From positions 1 to 44,712 of the IMG/VR virus record IMGVR_UViG_3300037483_000229: DNA of 44,712 bases; one strand, 5' to 3'. Source of the DNA: a virus (lineage: Duplodnaviria; Caudoviricetes). Shown here in pieces: positions 35,177 through 43,996 of the stretch (position 1 is the stretch's first letter; every line of letters starts with the position of its first letter). The notes beneath the pieces were generated by a model. It was not told the DNA's origin. It made no database searches and saw only the letters and a program-made list of their open reading frames with translations. The translations under genes were made by a program, and so were the position numbers.

Positions 35177-36693
35177 GCCACGCGCCTTTTGAGACCCCGC
35201 ACCTTGGCGTAGCGGATCGGCTTGATGTCGTTCGCCGGCGTCAGCCCGATCATCTTGCGGCCCTCGCCGAGCCCGATCGTGCCATATTGCAGCGCGTCGG
35301 CCGGGTTCGAATAGCGATCCTTGTTCGGCTTCAATTCGCCGAATTCGTCCCGCGTGTTGTGGTATCGGCCCGCCATCGCGACCTTGAGCGTGCGGCACGA
35401 CGGCGACAGCACGAACCGCGGACGGCCGTCGTGCATCTCGTTCAACACGTTCGCCACCGCATCAACCCGCGTCGAGATCATGTTCTGCTTGAGGCCCGGC
35501 GGCGGAACCACCTTCATGCCGTTCGCCGCGAAAATATCGTAGGCGGTGCGCTCGTCGGCCTGGCCCTTGTCCTGCCCTTTCGGGTCGCCGTAGAACCGCA
35601 CGCGATGGTTCGGGTATTTCTCGATCAGGAACCGCTTGACCTTCGGCGCGAACGTCACGGCGCCCTCGTTGTGGCCCAGCAATTCGTACTGCACCAGCAC
35701 GCGATTATTCACCGCCTGCATGAAGATCGCCGCCGGCTGACGGCCGAAGTCGAGCCCGACCACCACCTCGTTGCCCGCCACCGGGTAAAGCACCTCGCTC
35801 GAGACATGCACCTCGACCCGGAACATCGGCCAGACCGGCGAGCCCTCGACCACCAGCGCAATCCGGTTCATCAGCCGCGAGTCGATCCACGCCTTGGTCT
35901 TGCCCTTGTATTGCCGTGCGTAATAATCCGGCTTCAAATTCTGCAGGTTCTCGGCCTGCGGGTTGACCGTGTAGCCGATCACCCGGCCGTGCTGGTCAAT
36001 CTGCTCGATCAGCGCCGACGGCTGCATGTAGAAGCCCCAATCGGACGGCCACTGGAAGCCCTGCCGCTCCTCGTCGCTCAGGTTCGGCGGCAAATCCACC
36101 TGCCCGGTCATCATGCCGAGCCAGTGATCCTCGTCCGGTGCGTTCGCGTCCGCGATCACGCCCGACCACAACGGCCCGCCGTCGTCCATCTTCGGGTAGC
36201 GGCCGACGCGCGACGTCGCCTCGTCGAAAATCTCCTTTTCGATGAACGGCACTTCGTTGAACGCGATGCCGGTATATTCGCCCGAGCGCAGCTTTCGAAT
36301 GTCCTCCGGCTTGTCGAGCGCCAGAAAGTCGATTTCCGTCACCACGTCGCCGCCCGGCCACGAAAACCGGATGCGGTGCACCGGCGACATGCCGTGCGTG
36401 AACCGGCCGTAAAGGTGCTCCGGGAACGTGTCGAGCCACGTTCTGATCGTCGTGCGCTTCAAATCCGGGAACGTGTTGCGCACCAGCGCAAACCGCGTCT
36501 TGCGCAGGCCGTCGATCGGCGATGGCGGCTGTTCCTGGGCGTGCCGCATGATGCGCAGGCACAGCGCCACGGTCTTGCCCGACCCGAGCGGCCCTTGAAT
36601 GATATCGACGAAGTTCGAGGCCTGGACGAATTCAGCCGCCGCGGTCCCCGCGTACAGCACAAATCGTTGATTGCCGCCGGCTACTGCATCCAT
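35173..36693 (-). CDS. terL: terminase large subunit
   Basis: Walker A GPLGSGKT, IAFNE (Walker B), nuclease VGLDFG and ADALQY. Confidence 0.92.
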   Translation of the reverse strand: MDAVAGGNQRFVLYAGTAAAEFVQASNFVDIIQGPLGSGKTVALCLRIMRHAQEQPPSPIDGLRKTRFALVRNTFPDLKRTTIRTWLDTFPEHLYGRFTHGMSPVHRIRFSWPGGDVVTEIDFLALDKPEDIRKLRSGEYTGIAFNEVPFIEKEIFDEATSRVGRYPKMDDGGPLWSGVIADANAPDEDHWLGMMTGQVDLPPNLSDEERQGFQWPSDWGFYMQPSALIEQIDQHGRVIGYTVNPQAENLQNLKPDYYARQYKGKTKAWIDSRLMNRIALVVEGSPVWPMFRVEVHVSSEVLYPVAGNEVVVGLDFGRQPAAIFMQAVNNRVLVQYELLGHNEGAVTFAPKVKRFLIEKYPNHRVRFYGDPKGQDKGQADERTAYDIFAANGMKVVPPPGLKQNMISTRVDAVANVLNEMHDGRPRFVLSPSCRTLKVAMAGRYHNTRDEFGELKPNKDRYSNPADALQYGTIGLGEGRKMIGLTPANDIKPIRYAKVRGLKRRVA

Positions 36694-36736
36694 GCCCCCG
36701 ACAGGACGCCGCCGGCACCGTCAGCGGCAACGCACC
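36694..36736 (-). promoter_or_regulatory. late promoter motif (terL)
   Basis: GGTGCGTTGC ends 33 nt before the ATG. Confidence 0.6.
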
Positions 36737-36888
36737 GTCAGTCCTGATCGTCGTCCTCGTCGCGTCGGCGATGCGCAAGAAATCCGATTGCCGGCACGAG
36801 ATCACGCTGTTTCAGGCGCGGCGTCACTGGACCGTCGTCAGGTATCCGCCATCGCGGGGCGTCGACTATGCGGCGTCGCAAAATCGGC

Positions 36889-37206
36889 CTACCGTCGGGT
36901 GTTGTGGACGGTCGGACATCTGTTCATCGCCTGCCGCATGTCCACCACATGCCGCGCTATCGCCTCCGCGTCGGCATCCGTCTGCGGGCGGATGGTTATC
37001 CGGCCGCCGTCGACCTCGGCCTCAAGCCGCACCCCGACGATCTTGCGCTGGTCCCGCGCCACCACCAGCGGATCCACAGGCCGCTTCAACCGAAACGCCG
37101 CGACCCGACCGACCCGCTTGAAATTCGCCGCCCAGCCCCGGAACTGCGCGTCGTACAGTTCCACAAACGCATCCGGTATCCGCTCGAAAACCGTCACCTG
37201 CTGCAT
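36889..37206 (-). CDS. hypothetical protein
   Basis: GGAGG RBS before ATG 37206. Confidence 0.65.
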   Translation of the reverse strand: MQQVTVFERIPDAFVELYDAQFRGWAANFKRVGRVAAFRLKRPVDPLVVARDQRKIVGVRLEAEVDGGRITIRPQTDADAEAIARHVVDMRQAMNRCPTVHNTRR

Positions 37207-37312
37207 CGCGACCTCCAAAATTTTTCAGCCCCCAACTTTTCCAGCCTACCCACCAAGTGTTTGAGCCGAAAGTGGATGGGCGAGTTACCAACACCACGAG
37301 AAAACGCGGATT

Positions 37313-37903
37313 TTACCCCCCACCCCCGCCCTGATCGGGCTTGCGAGGATCGCTACCTGTCCCATAGCCAATGGGACGGACTGACGGAACAGCATCCAAT
37401 GATATCAATGGCTTAGATGCGTTATAGCCTTCATGGTCTATGAACGCTGTTGCCTGAGCCGGCGCAGCGATGACGATGGTCACGCCTGGTGCTCGGCCCA
37501 ATACACCAACATGATCAGATACTTGCTCGATCTGCTCCATGGCTTTGACCGCATTCACGCGCGCCATGGCATTGCCGGTCTGATCTCGGACGTCGACGAG
37601 GGCGTGGAAGTTCCGCGCGCGCTCAGACGTTCGCAACACGTCCAACTGCTGCAGGTAATACGCTCGTACATCCGGCTTTGAGAGTGCGACGTAGAGCGAA
37701 TTGTCTTTGAGATTGGCGAATTGGGCCGCTTCGTCTCGTTTCAGCCCTTGCCACACCATTGCGTCGATTGCGGCCTTGACGCGGCGTGTCATGCGCAGTT
37801 TGCGGCCGGTCTTGGTGCTGATCTCGATTGGAGTGCGGGAGATCGGTAGGCTGGCCGGCGGTGACGTTGCGATGTCAGTGGTCATCGGGCCTTCGGTACT
37901 CAT
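37313..37903 (-). CDS. probable terminase small subunit (HTH)
   Basis: First late gene, upstream of terL; helical HTH-like core; start uncertain (37903 or 37885). Confidence 0.55.
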   Translation of the reverse strand: MSTEGPMTTDIATSPPASLPISRTPIEISTKTGRKLRMTRRVKAAIDAMVWQGLKRDEAAQFANLKDNSLYVALSKPDVRAYYLQQLDVLRTSERARNFHALVDVRDQTGNAMARVNAVKAMEQIEQVSDHVGVLGRAPGVTIVIAAPAQATAFIDHEGYNASKPLISLDAVPSVRPIGYGTGSDPRKPDQGGGGG

Positions 37904-38026
37904 TGCTGGTACGTCCTCGCGCTTTGCGCTTCGTCGTGGTCCTCGCTCGCTACGCTCACTGCGGAAGGCCAAGGAAGCGTCTTTCCTTAGGGAAGAAAGA
38001 GGCGCGCGGGCGCGCGTGTGGCGGCG

Positions 38027-38067
38027 CGGGGGAATTGGCCCGATATCTGTTTTGCCAGCAACGCACT
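38027..38067 (-). promoter_or_regulatory. late promoter motif variant (start of late arm)
   Basis: AGTGCGTTGCTG-N17-CCAATT. Confidence 0.55.
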
Positions 38068-38126
38068 ATGTACGTTATTCAGTAAATACGGGGGGTTTTG
38101 AGCGGCGATATGTAATACTATAACAC

Positions 38127-38207
38127 TTGACATTTGAAATGCGGTTTTACGTTTGTCAAATAGCTGTTGACATGGTCTGCGGGTCGTGTATTTTACATTT
38201 GTCAAAT
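38127..38207 (+). promoter_or_regulatory. sigma70-like promoter region with 17-bp direct repeat
   Basis: TTGACA at 38127 and 38167, TG-TATTTT at 38187-38194, TTTTACRTTTGTCAAAT at 38145 and 38191. Confidence 0.6.
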
Positions 38208-38242
38208 CGGGTTGCCGCCCGATCAACCACAAGGAACGCCCC

Positions 38243-38398
38243 ATGAAAGCTCTAGTCGCCCTGACGCTGCTGGTCTGCACGCTCGCCGTGCTGTTCACGG
38301 CCATCCCGCACATTCACGCATGGGAAAAGGCGAACGCCTATCCTTACGGCAAGATGTGCAATTCGATCTTCACCGCTTACGTCGACACGTGCCGCTAA
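38243..38398 (+). CDS. 51-aa secreted or membrane peptide
   Basis: AAGGA RBS; signal-like N-terminus; two C-terminal Cys. Confidence 0.65.
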   Translation: MKALVALTLLVCTLAVLFTAIPHIHAWEKANAYPYGKMCNSIFTAYVDTCR

Positions 38399-38440
38399 TC
38401 ACCCGCCCTTTGCCGAGGGCTCACCACAAGGAATGCCAAA

Positions 38441-38917
38441 ATGTCAGCCTTTATCGTCTCTCACGACCACATAGACGCGCTGCTCACCTTCGCCAAACTG
38501 CACCGCGTTTCGTATTACGTGCCTCAATCGATCTGCAATAAGCCGGGCGGCGCCCGCGTCGACATCACAAGCCAAACGGCGACCGAGGTCGGCGCCATCC
38601 TGCTTACCGAAAACGAGCGCAGTGTCTATGCCCGCTATAAGGATTGCGGCCCTGGCAACGCGCCGGGCACCATTGGCGAGGACGCCGCCAACTATCGCTT
38701 CAAGGAATTTGGCGAACTGTTCAACATGCCGATGGCCAAGCAATGCGCTTGGATTTTGAACGGTTGCCGGTGCTTTGACTATCAAGCCTGCGAGACAGAC
38801 GACTATAAAGCCTCGCTTGCGCACCTGATTATCGAATCTATCCAATCCGCCGCGATCCGCGCCCTGCCTCACATTGAGGACGCGCCGTGGGAAATTCACC
38901 GCAAGGTCAAGGTATAA
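38441..38917 (+). CDS. conserved mobile-element hypothetical protein
   Basis: MSAFIV..HIDALL..ENERSV.ARY..DYQACE pattern; AAGGA RBS. Confidence 0.75.
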   Translation: MSAFIVSHDHIDALLTFAKLHRVSYYVPQSICNKPGGARVDITSQTATEVGAILLTENERSVYARYKDCGPGNAPGTIGEDAANYRFKEFGELFNMPMAKQCAWILNGCRCFDYQACETDDYKASLAHLIIESIQSAAIRALPHIEDAPWEIHRKVKV

Positions 38918-38997
38918 GGCGCAACGGCGGGGCTTGCCGGCCCCGCCGTCACTTCCAATCGCCCGGCTCAACCACGCCCACAAGGACACGGGGAACC

Positions 38998-39210
38998 ATG
39001 ACGACGGCAACCGAATCTAGCACGAAAGACGACAGAGCGCGCGCCGCCGCCGTCAAGCTACTGTCTCAGGGCCTCGCCTCGCCGTCAGAGGTCGCGCAGC
39101 TCGCCGGCGTATCGCGTCAGCTCGTGGCGCATTGGTCGCGCGGCATCAACTGGCGGCGGGCGCGGGATGCGGCGCTCGCTAAGTCTTGGCGGCGATCCGT
39201 ACGGTCTTAG
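38998..39210 (+). CDS. small HTH DNA-binding protein
   Basis: SPSEVAQLAGVSRQLVAHW helix-turn-helix. Confidence 0.75.
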   Translation: MTTATESSTKDDRARAAAVKLLSQGLASPSEVAQLAGVSRQLVAHWSRGINWRRARDAALAKSWRRSVRS

Positions 39211-39236
39211 CCTCCTCTAGGAGCAGGAGCCGAAAT

Positions 39237-39707
39237 TTAACTCCTCTTCGCCTTTGCCCGCCGCTCCTCGCGCCGCTTTTTCCACCGCGCTTGGACCGCT
39301 TTGCGCGCGCGACATTGGCGCTGCTCCGGTGTGAACTTGGCCTGTGACAGCTTGCCCATTTCGCTCGCTGTTTCGGGCTTAATTAGCCATGGTAATCGGC
39401 TCATACGGACGTTCGCTCGTACCACTCTGCGTTCGTCTCTTTTGCCGCACCGTTGTTGGATTTTTTCAACGGCGTCGGGTATCTCGCGCAACGTGATTTC
39501 AAGGCCCAATGCCTGTGCGCATTCGAACATGGTTGCGATGCCCAGGCGCTTGCTCGGCGTGACGCCCATAAGCTTTCCGGTGTAGCCCGATGCCCATCCG
39601 ATCATCGCGTCGAGGCTTTCATCGCTCAGGCCGATATGTGCCTTGCGCGCGGCCAGTGCCTCGATCAGCCCATTGTAGTTTTCAACGGCAGCGCCTTGCA
39701 TGGTCAA
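39237..39707 (-). CDS. HTH-like basic protein; candidate late-gene activator
   Basis: Last gene of the replication operon; XRE-like N-terminus; Arg/Lys-rich tail. Function inferred from position only. Confidence 0.55.
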   Translation of the reverse strand: MTMQGAAVENYNGLIEALAARKAHIGLSDESLDAMIGWASGYTGKLMGVTPSKRLGIATMFECAQALGLEITLREIPDAVEKIQQRCGKRDERRVVRANVRMSRLPWLIKPETASEMGKLSQAKFTPEQRQCRARKAVQARWKKRREERRAKAKRS

Positions 39708-39991
39708 GCTTTGGGCCTCGCGGTTTGTAATGCCGGTGCCGTCGTTGCAGGGCGCACAGCCAGCCGCGCACGCTTGATCCGGTTGCAGCCGCCCCCGCCC
39801 GGCGTGCAGGTCACCACGCGGCCGTCGGTGATCTCGAATTTAACGCCCTCGACCCGCACACAGTTGGCGCCCGCCTTGACCGGCGCCGCGCACAGACTGG
39901 CGATGTGCTGGCGCACCTTTTCAAGGTCAAAGCCCTTGGCCCGCTCCAAATATCGCAGCACGGCATGGTCTGAAACCGGTGGCACCGTCAT
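39704..39991 (-). CDS. hypothetical protein
   Basis: VSDHAVLRYLER motif; translationally coupled. Confidence 0.7.
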   Translation of the reverse strand: MTVPPVSDHAVLRYLERAKGFDLEKVRQHIASLCAAPVKAGANCVRVEGVKFEITDGRVVTCTPGGGGCNRIKRARLAVRPATTAPALQTARPKA

Positions 39992-40368
39992 CAGTAACCC
40001 CGCTTGTCGAGCGCGGACCGGCCGGGCAACGGATCTCCGAGCAGCGCGGCGGTGAGAGATCGCGGCGGCGTCGAAAGCCGCCGCTCACGATCGGCCAGGA
40101 CATCGTGAGGTATGTTCAGCTTTTTCGGTTCTTCGATGCCGGCCATAAGTCGCGGAGATGGGAAATACGTATTACCGGGGTTGCGGTCGCCCGGCGCGAC
40201 CTTCGGAATCAAGGCCCGATGCCGGCGCTTTGGCTTCCTAATAACATCGGAAAATGCCGCCCTGACCTCGCGCTCTGTTGAGCGTATTTTTTTGGCGATT
40301 GCCTTGTAGTTCATATCCTGCGCTTTGAACCGCCTCGCAGCGAGATGTTGCCCCATCGTTAGGCTCAT
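39991..40368 (-). CDS. hypothetical protein (N-terminal HTH-like)
   Basis: Coupled; SLTAALLGDPLPGRSALD C-terminal motif. Confidence 0.65.
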   Translation of the reverse strand: MSLTMGQHLAARRFKAQDMNYKAIAKKIRSTEREVRAAFSDVIRKPKRRHRALIPKVAPGDRNPGNTYFPSPRLMAGIEEPKKLNIPHDVLADRERRLSTPPRSLTAALLGDPLPGRSALDKRGY

Positions 40369-40523
40369 GCCGCGCGCTCCGTTTTCTGCGGTTGCCGCTG
40401 CGGCAAACCATCCTGCTCGCACTCGCGTTCAAATTGACGCCTATGCTGCTCCTCCATGCGGTCGGCTATTTTACCCAGCACATCGCCAAGCGATTGCCAG
40501 TTTTTATCAAGCTCATGCGTCAT
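40365..40523 (-). CDS. small hypothetical protein
   Basis: ATGA overlaps on both sides. Confidence 0.55.
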   Translation of the reverse strand: MTHELDKNWQSLGDVLGKIADRMEEQHRRQFERECEQDGLPQRQPQKTERAA

Positions 40524-41344
40524 GTCACCGCTCCGTATTCTGGCGTGAAGATTCCGGTTTCCGGCTCGACTTGGAAAAAGCAAACGCCGCGCTTACCGGC
40601 CCCGATCTCGCGCACTTTGGCGCTGATAACCCGGCAGGTTGATCGCTCTTGATCGCGCACGACGATCAATCCGTTGTCGCATTTGTTGTACCAATTCATC
40701 GAACCTTCGATGTCGGCCAACGTCGGCGTTTTGCCCTCTGAAACGCCTGCTTTCGTGGGATGCGCGACCATGATCACGGTCACGTCGTAGACGCGGCAAA
40801 ATTGCTTGAGCATCATCAGGCATTGCCCGATGTAATCGGTCATCATCATGTCGCGCGGCTTGGCACGCTCGATCTCATTCCATGGGTCGATCAGAATCAA
40901 TTCGACGCCGTCCTGCTCTATTGCGATCACCGCCTTGTTCAGAATCCAGTCGAGCGTGCGCGGCTCCTGATCAAACGTGGTGATTTCAGCCGACTGAACG
41001 AAACACTGGATGTTTGAAAACACTTCCCAACCCGGCCGATCACCCCAAAATAGGCTCAACTTGTCTCGGATATGCGCCTCATTTTCCGGCACATAGAGAA
41101 ACGATTTCATGCCGTGATTTGCCGCGACGTTGCAGACCACATTCAGGAGCAACGTCGATTTACCGTGTCCAGCGATGCCGGTAACCACATTGAACTGACC
41201 AGGATAAAGCTTCCAGATTTGGTCCAACTCCCACCATCCTGTGCTTTTGGCGATCTGGTCGACCGAGCCGCGTTGAGGCGCATCGGCAAGTGCGTAGTAG
41301 CCAGGCTGTTCGTGTCTGAAAACGTGCTTTGGCTTATCGAGCAT
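40520..41344 (-). CDS. SF4 (DnaB / T7 gp4 / Twinkle-type) helicase domain without primase
   Basis: TGIAGHGKS, ILIDPWN, VAHP and IEGS motifs. Confidence 0.85.
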   Translation of the reverse strand: MLDKPKHVFRHEQPGYYALADAPQRGSVDQIAKSTGWWELDQIWKLYPGQFNVVTGIAGHGKSTLLLNVVCNVAANHGMKSFLYVPENEAHIRDKLSLFWGDRPGWEVFSNIQCFVQSAEITTFDQEPRTLDWILNKAVIAIEQDGVELILIDPWNEIERAKPRDMMMTDYIGQCLMMLKQFCRVYDVTVIMVAHPTKAGVSEGKTPTLADIEGSMNWYNKCDNGLIVVRDQERSTCRVISAKVREIGAGKRGVCFFQVEPETGIFTPEYGAVT

Positions 41345-42036
41345 CAGATGATCCCCGCAAATTTATCTTGCGCCGTGTGCCTGACATCGGCCGGCCCGCG
41401 CAAAATCGCGCCGATGTACTCGCGGGGATTTTCTTTGGTCGACGCCTGCTCAATCGCTGCCCTGGCGAGAGCCACGTTTCCCTTTTTCGATTTCAAGAGG
41501 CGGGCGATAAGACCACCGGCCTCTTTGCCGAGCACAACCTTGCCCCGGTCGAATAATTCAGCGTCTTCGGTTTTCTCAAACAGGGGCGCCGGAGGCGCAT
41601 CTTTCTTCTCTTCTTCTACAGTCCTAGTCTTAGTCTCAGGTGCATACGTAGGATTTTGCTGTAGCAAACCGGTAGCACTTGCTAGCTCTCGTTCCTTTTC
41701 ATTCAATGACTTAGCCTTACCACCAGTAGACCCGCTCAAGCGCCGTTTTTCGATGCGCTCAAGCGTCGTTTTGAGGTTTGACGCGAGGCGCTTTTGCGTG
41801 AATTGGTCGCCGTCGATGGTCATCAATTCCATGACGGCCGGCGAGATCGCGCGCCACTTGTTGACCGGCAACCGGACGATGCGGGCAAGCTTGGAGTCGT
41901 CGAGTGGCAGCGATCCGCCGCCGCGCCACATCGCCATGAGCAACAGCAAATAGGCGCCGTGCTGCGCACACGACAAATGCTGGGTGTCGGCGAGATAATC
42001 GCCGGTCCAGATCATCATGCCGTCGGCTGTGCTCAT
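41344..42036 (-). CDS. DUF1376 (YdaU-like) replication initiator
   Basis: GDYLADTQHLS..QHGAYLLLL..LPLDDSKLARI..QKRL motif; GAGG RBS. Confidence 0.85.
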   Translation of the reverse strand: MSTADGMMIWTGDYLADTQHLSCAQHGAYLLLLMAMWRGGGSLPLDDSKLARIVRLPVNKWRAISPAVMELMTIDGDQFTQKRLASNLKTTLERIEKRRLSGSTGGKAKSLNEKERELASATGLLQQNPTYAPETKTRTVEEEKKDAPPAPLFEKTEDAELFDRGKVVLGKEAGGLIARLLKSKKGNVALARAAIEQASTKENPREYIGAILRGPADVRHTAQDKFAGII

Positions 42037-42085
42037 GCGGCCCTCAATGCTGTATGAATGCGATGCGGCGTTTAGATTGCCAGCA

Positions 42086-42559
42086 TCATGCCGCCCCTGT
42101 GAAAATCTGCTCGACCTCGATGCGCAGGCGCGGCCGGTCGCTGTACCGTTTGACGATCCGGGCATCGACGATCTGCGCGTCGTCGCGCCACACCACGCCG
42201 TTGAGCCCGTCCAGCATCTTGAGCACGTTGTCTAGATCGGGCCGGCCGGTCGGCCGCAACGTGCCGGCATAGGCGCGCGCCTGCTTGATCTTGGACCAGC
42301 TTTGCGGCACCGGGAACGCGGCCAGCACCTCGACCTTAAGCGCGCCCTCGATCGGCGCCGCGTCGGCCATCTTGATCTGACCGGCATAGCGCAGCGCGGC
42401 TTCGTAGTTGCGGGTCGGTTGCGGCGTATAGGCAAAGCCGCCTTTCCGGGAAAACCGGGGGCGGCCTTTGCCCTTCGGTTCCCCGGCAAGTTCGATCACC
42501 ACCCGGCGCAACAGCGGCGGCGCAAAGGGACGGTCGGTCATGCTGGTCTGGTCCAGCAT
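42086..42559 (-). CDS. rusA: RusA-family Holliday junction resolvase
   Basis: GKGRPRF, PDLDNVLK.LDGLNGVVWRDDAQIV. Confidence 0.9.
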   Translation of the reverse strand: MLDQTSMTDRPFAPPLLRRVVIELAGEPKGKGRPRFSRKGGFAYTPQPTRNYEAALRYAGQIKMADAAPIEGALKVEVLAAFPVPQSWSKIKQARAYAGTLRPTGRPDLDNVLKMLDGLNGVVWRDDAQIVDARIVKRYSDRPRLRIEVEQIFTGAA

Positions 42560-42897
42560 TAGGCCGTGGCTCGCTCGATTGCCGCGGCGCCGAGCGGCAG
42601 ATCAGCCAACATGCCGAGCGCCAGCTTGTAGACGTCGACCACCGCCTCGAATGCTTCGCGTTCCGCCTTCGACTTCTTACGGTCCTTGATGACCACGCGC
42701 ATCGCCTTGGTGTCGAAGCCGGCGTCCTTCGCTGCGTTGAAGATCAGGCCGATGTCGGCTTGAACCTTCGCCTTCTCGGCTTCCCAGCGCTCGATCTCGC
42801 TGATGTATCCGCCGAGCTGTTTCTTGCGATCATCGGTCAGCGCCGCGCCGTCTTGACCGATCTTGGGTTCGACCTCTTTCTTATTCCGCCTTGCCAT
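42559..42897 (-). CDS. GapR / DUF2312 (UPF0335) DNA-binding protein
   Basis: YISEIERWEAEK..AKDAGFDTKAMRVVIKDRK..YKLALGM. Confidence 0.85.
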   Translation of the reverse strand: MARRNKKEVEPKIGQDGAALTDDRKKQLGGYISEIERWEAEKAKVQADIGLIFNAAKDAGFDTKAMRVVIKDRKKSKAEREAFEAVVDVYKLALGMLADLPLGAAAIERATA

Positions 42898-42993
42898 TTG
42901 CTGCTCCGTGTGAAAAGCGCGGCCCGCCGCCTCGCGACAGACGCCACGCAATATTTCTGGATTGAAACCCCGCACGCGATACGCAACAAAAAC

Positions 42994-43236
42994 TCAGGCC
43001 GGCCAGCGCGCCTCGGTCACGGCCGGCTCACGCATTTTCCAGAGCGACGGCGGCGCATAGAGGCCCTTGGCGTTCAGCGCTGCCGTCAATGTCAGAAATG
43101 TCTCGGGCGGCAAGCCGCGCTCGCGCCAATTGCCGACCGCGTTTGGCGTCAGCGCCGGGTCAAACATCTTGGCGACGATGGTGTTGCCGCCCAGACGGTC
43201 GACCACCTCATCAGCGGTGTTGATTTGCTCTGCCAT
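42994..43236 (-). CDS. Cro-like regulator
   Basis: VVDRLGG..TPNAVGNWRERGLP; divergent from the repressor. Confidence 0.8.
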   Translation of the reverse strand: MAEQINTADEVVDRLGGNTIVAKMFDPALTPNAVGNWRERGLPPETFLTLTAALNAKGLYAPPSLWKMREPAVTEARWPA

Positions 43237-43247
43237 TCGCGATATAT

Positions 43248-43299
43248 CCCACGGGTCGTGGGGCATTGGCAAGTGCCTTTCCCCACATTTTTGTGTGGG
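43248..43299. promoter_or_regulatory. operators between cro and cI
   Basis: CCCAC-N5-GTGGG at 43248-43262 and a variant at 43282-43299. Confidence 0.65.
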
Positions 43300-43336
43300 T
43301 AGCGTCATGTTTGTGTATGTGGAACCGTCCCCGCCC

Positions 43337-43648
43337 ATGGCGAGGGGCTTAATCAATCCTTACTCATTGGATGAAATTTCTAAGCGACTTCTGTTGCTTA
43401 GGAGGGCGCTGGGCAATACCCAGGCCACGATGGGCGCGCTCGCCGGCGTGACCGGCAATGCCTGGCAAAACTATGAGGCCGGGGTTCGCCGCATCGACCT
43501 GGACAGCGTTTTTCAACTCGAAACCGCCACCGGAGTACCGCAAGAGTGGATTTATCGCGGTATCATGGCCCGGATGCCCCTTGAATTGGCCGAGAAAATC
43601 CAACTCGCCAAGCGCGAGATGGAGCGGGACGCCCGAAAGCGCGGCTAG
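43337..43648 (+). CDS. XRE-family HTH repressor (CI-like, no S24 peptidase domain)
   Basis: RLLLLRRALG.TQATMGALAGVTGNAWQNYEAG..EWIYRG; start 43337 or 43307. Confidence 0.85.
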   Translation: MARGLINPYSLDEISKRLLLLRRALGNTQATMGALAGVTGNAWQNYEAGVRRIDLDSVFQLETATGVPQEWIYRGIMARMPLELAEKIQLAKREMERDARKRG

Positions 43649-43827
43649 TCTCGATCTACAAGGCGAAGCGCGGTAGCCGGCTCCGGGTCTTCCAGCGGAA
43701 TCGTGACCAGTCGGCGCGCCAGTTCCAGCACGCGCAAGGCATCGGCCGGTTCTTCCGGCAACTGCGCGGCAATCTGAAACGCCAAGTGTTTGAATTGCTT
43801 ATTATTTTTTTGACGCGGTATGGCCAA
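43645..43827 (-). CDS. small immunity-region protein
   Basis: GGAGGG RBS with TTG start; AFQIAAQLPEEPADALRVL. Confidence 0.6.
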   Translation of the reverse strand: MAIPRQKNNKQFKHLAFQIAAQLPEEPADALRVLELARRLVTIPLEDPEPATALRLVDRD

Positions 43828-43904
43828 TACGCCCTCCCCGTGTGATGCACGCGCCGATTGCACCTGAAAATCCATGCCGGGTACAGCGTTAATGCCTAAC
43901 GTCG

Positions 43905-43974
43905 ATCACAAATCCGTGAAACCCACATTCTGTGGATAAGGCAGTTGACTTTCCCACGATGCGTGGGATACGGT
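43905..43974 (+). promoter_or_regulatory. early promoter with operators
   Basis: TTGACT at 43945; CCCAC-N5-GTGG(G/A) at 43922 and 43953; TCAC-N6-GTGA at 43906. Confidence 0.65.
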
Positions 43975-43996
43975 CCTCCACACATTGGAGGGACCG

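Larger units (their letters stand above)
38206..38986 (+). repeat. three TTGCCG-loop hairpins, each followed by a CCACAAGGA ribosome-binding element
   Basis: Hairpins at 38206-38223, 38405-38420 and 38924-38949; CCACAAGGA at 38227, 38424 and 38978. Confidence 0.8.

Noticed and set aside
35287-36747. Long + strand ORFs opposite late genes (also 19622-20938, 29142-30368, 15243-16103)
   Set aside because: Antisense shadow ORFs typical of high-GC coding DNA; no motifs or RBS.
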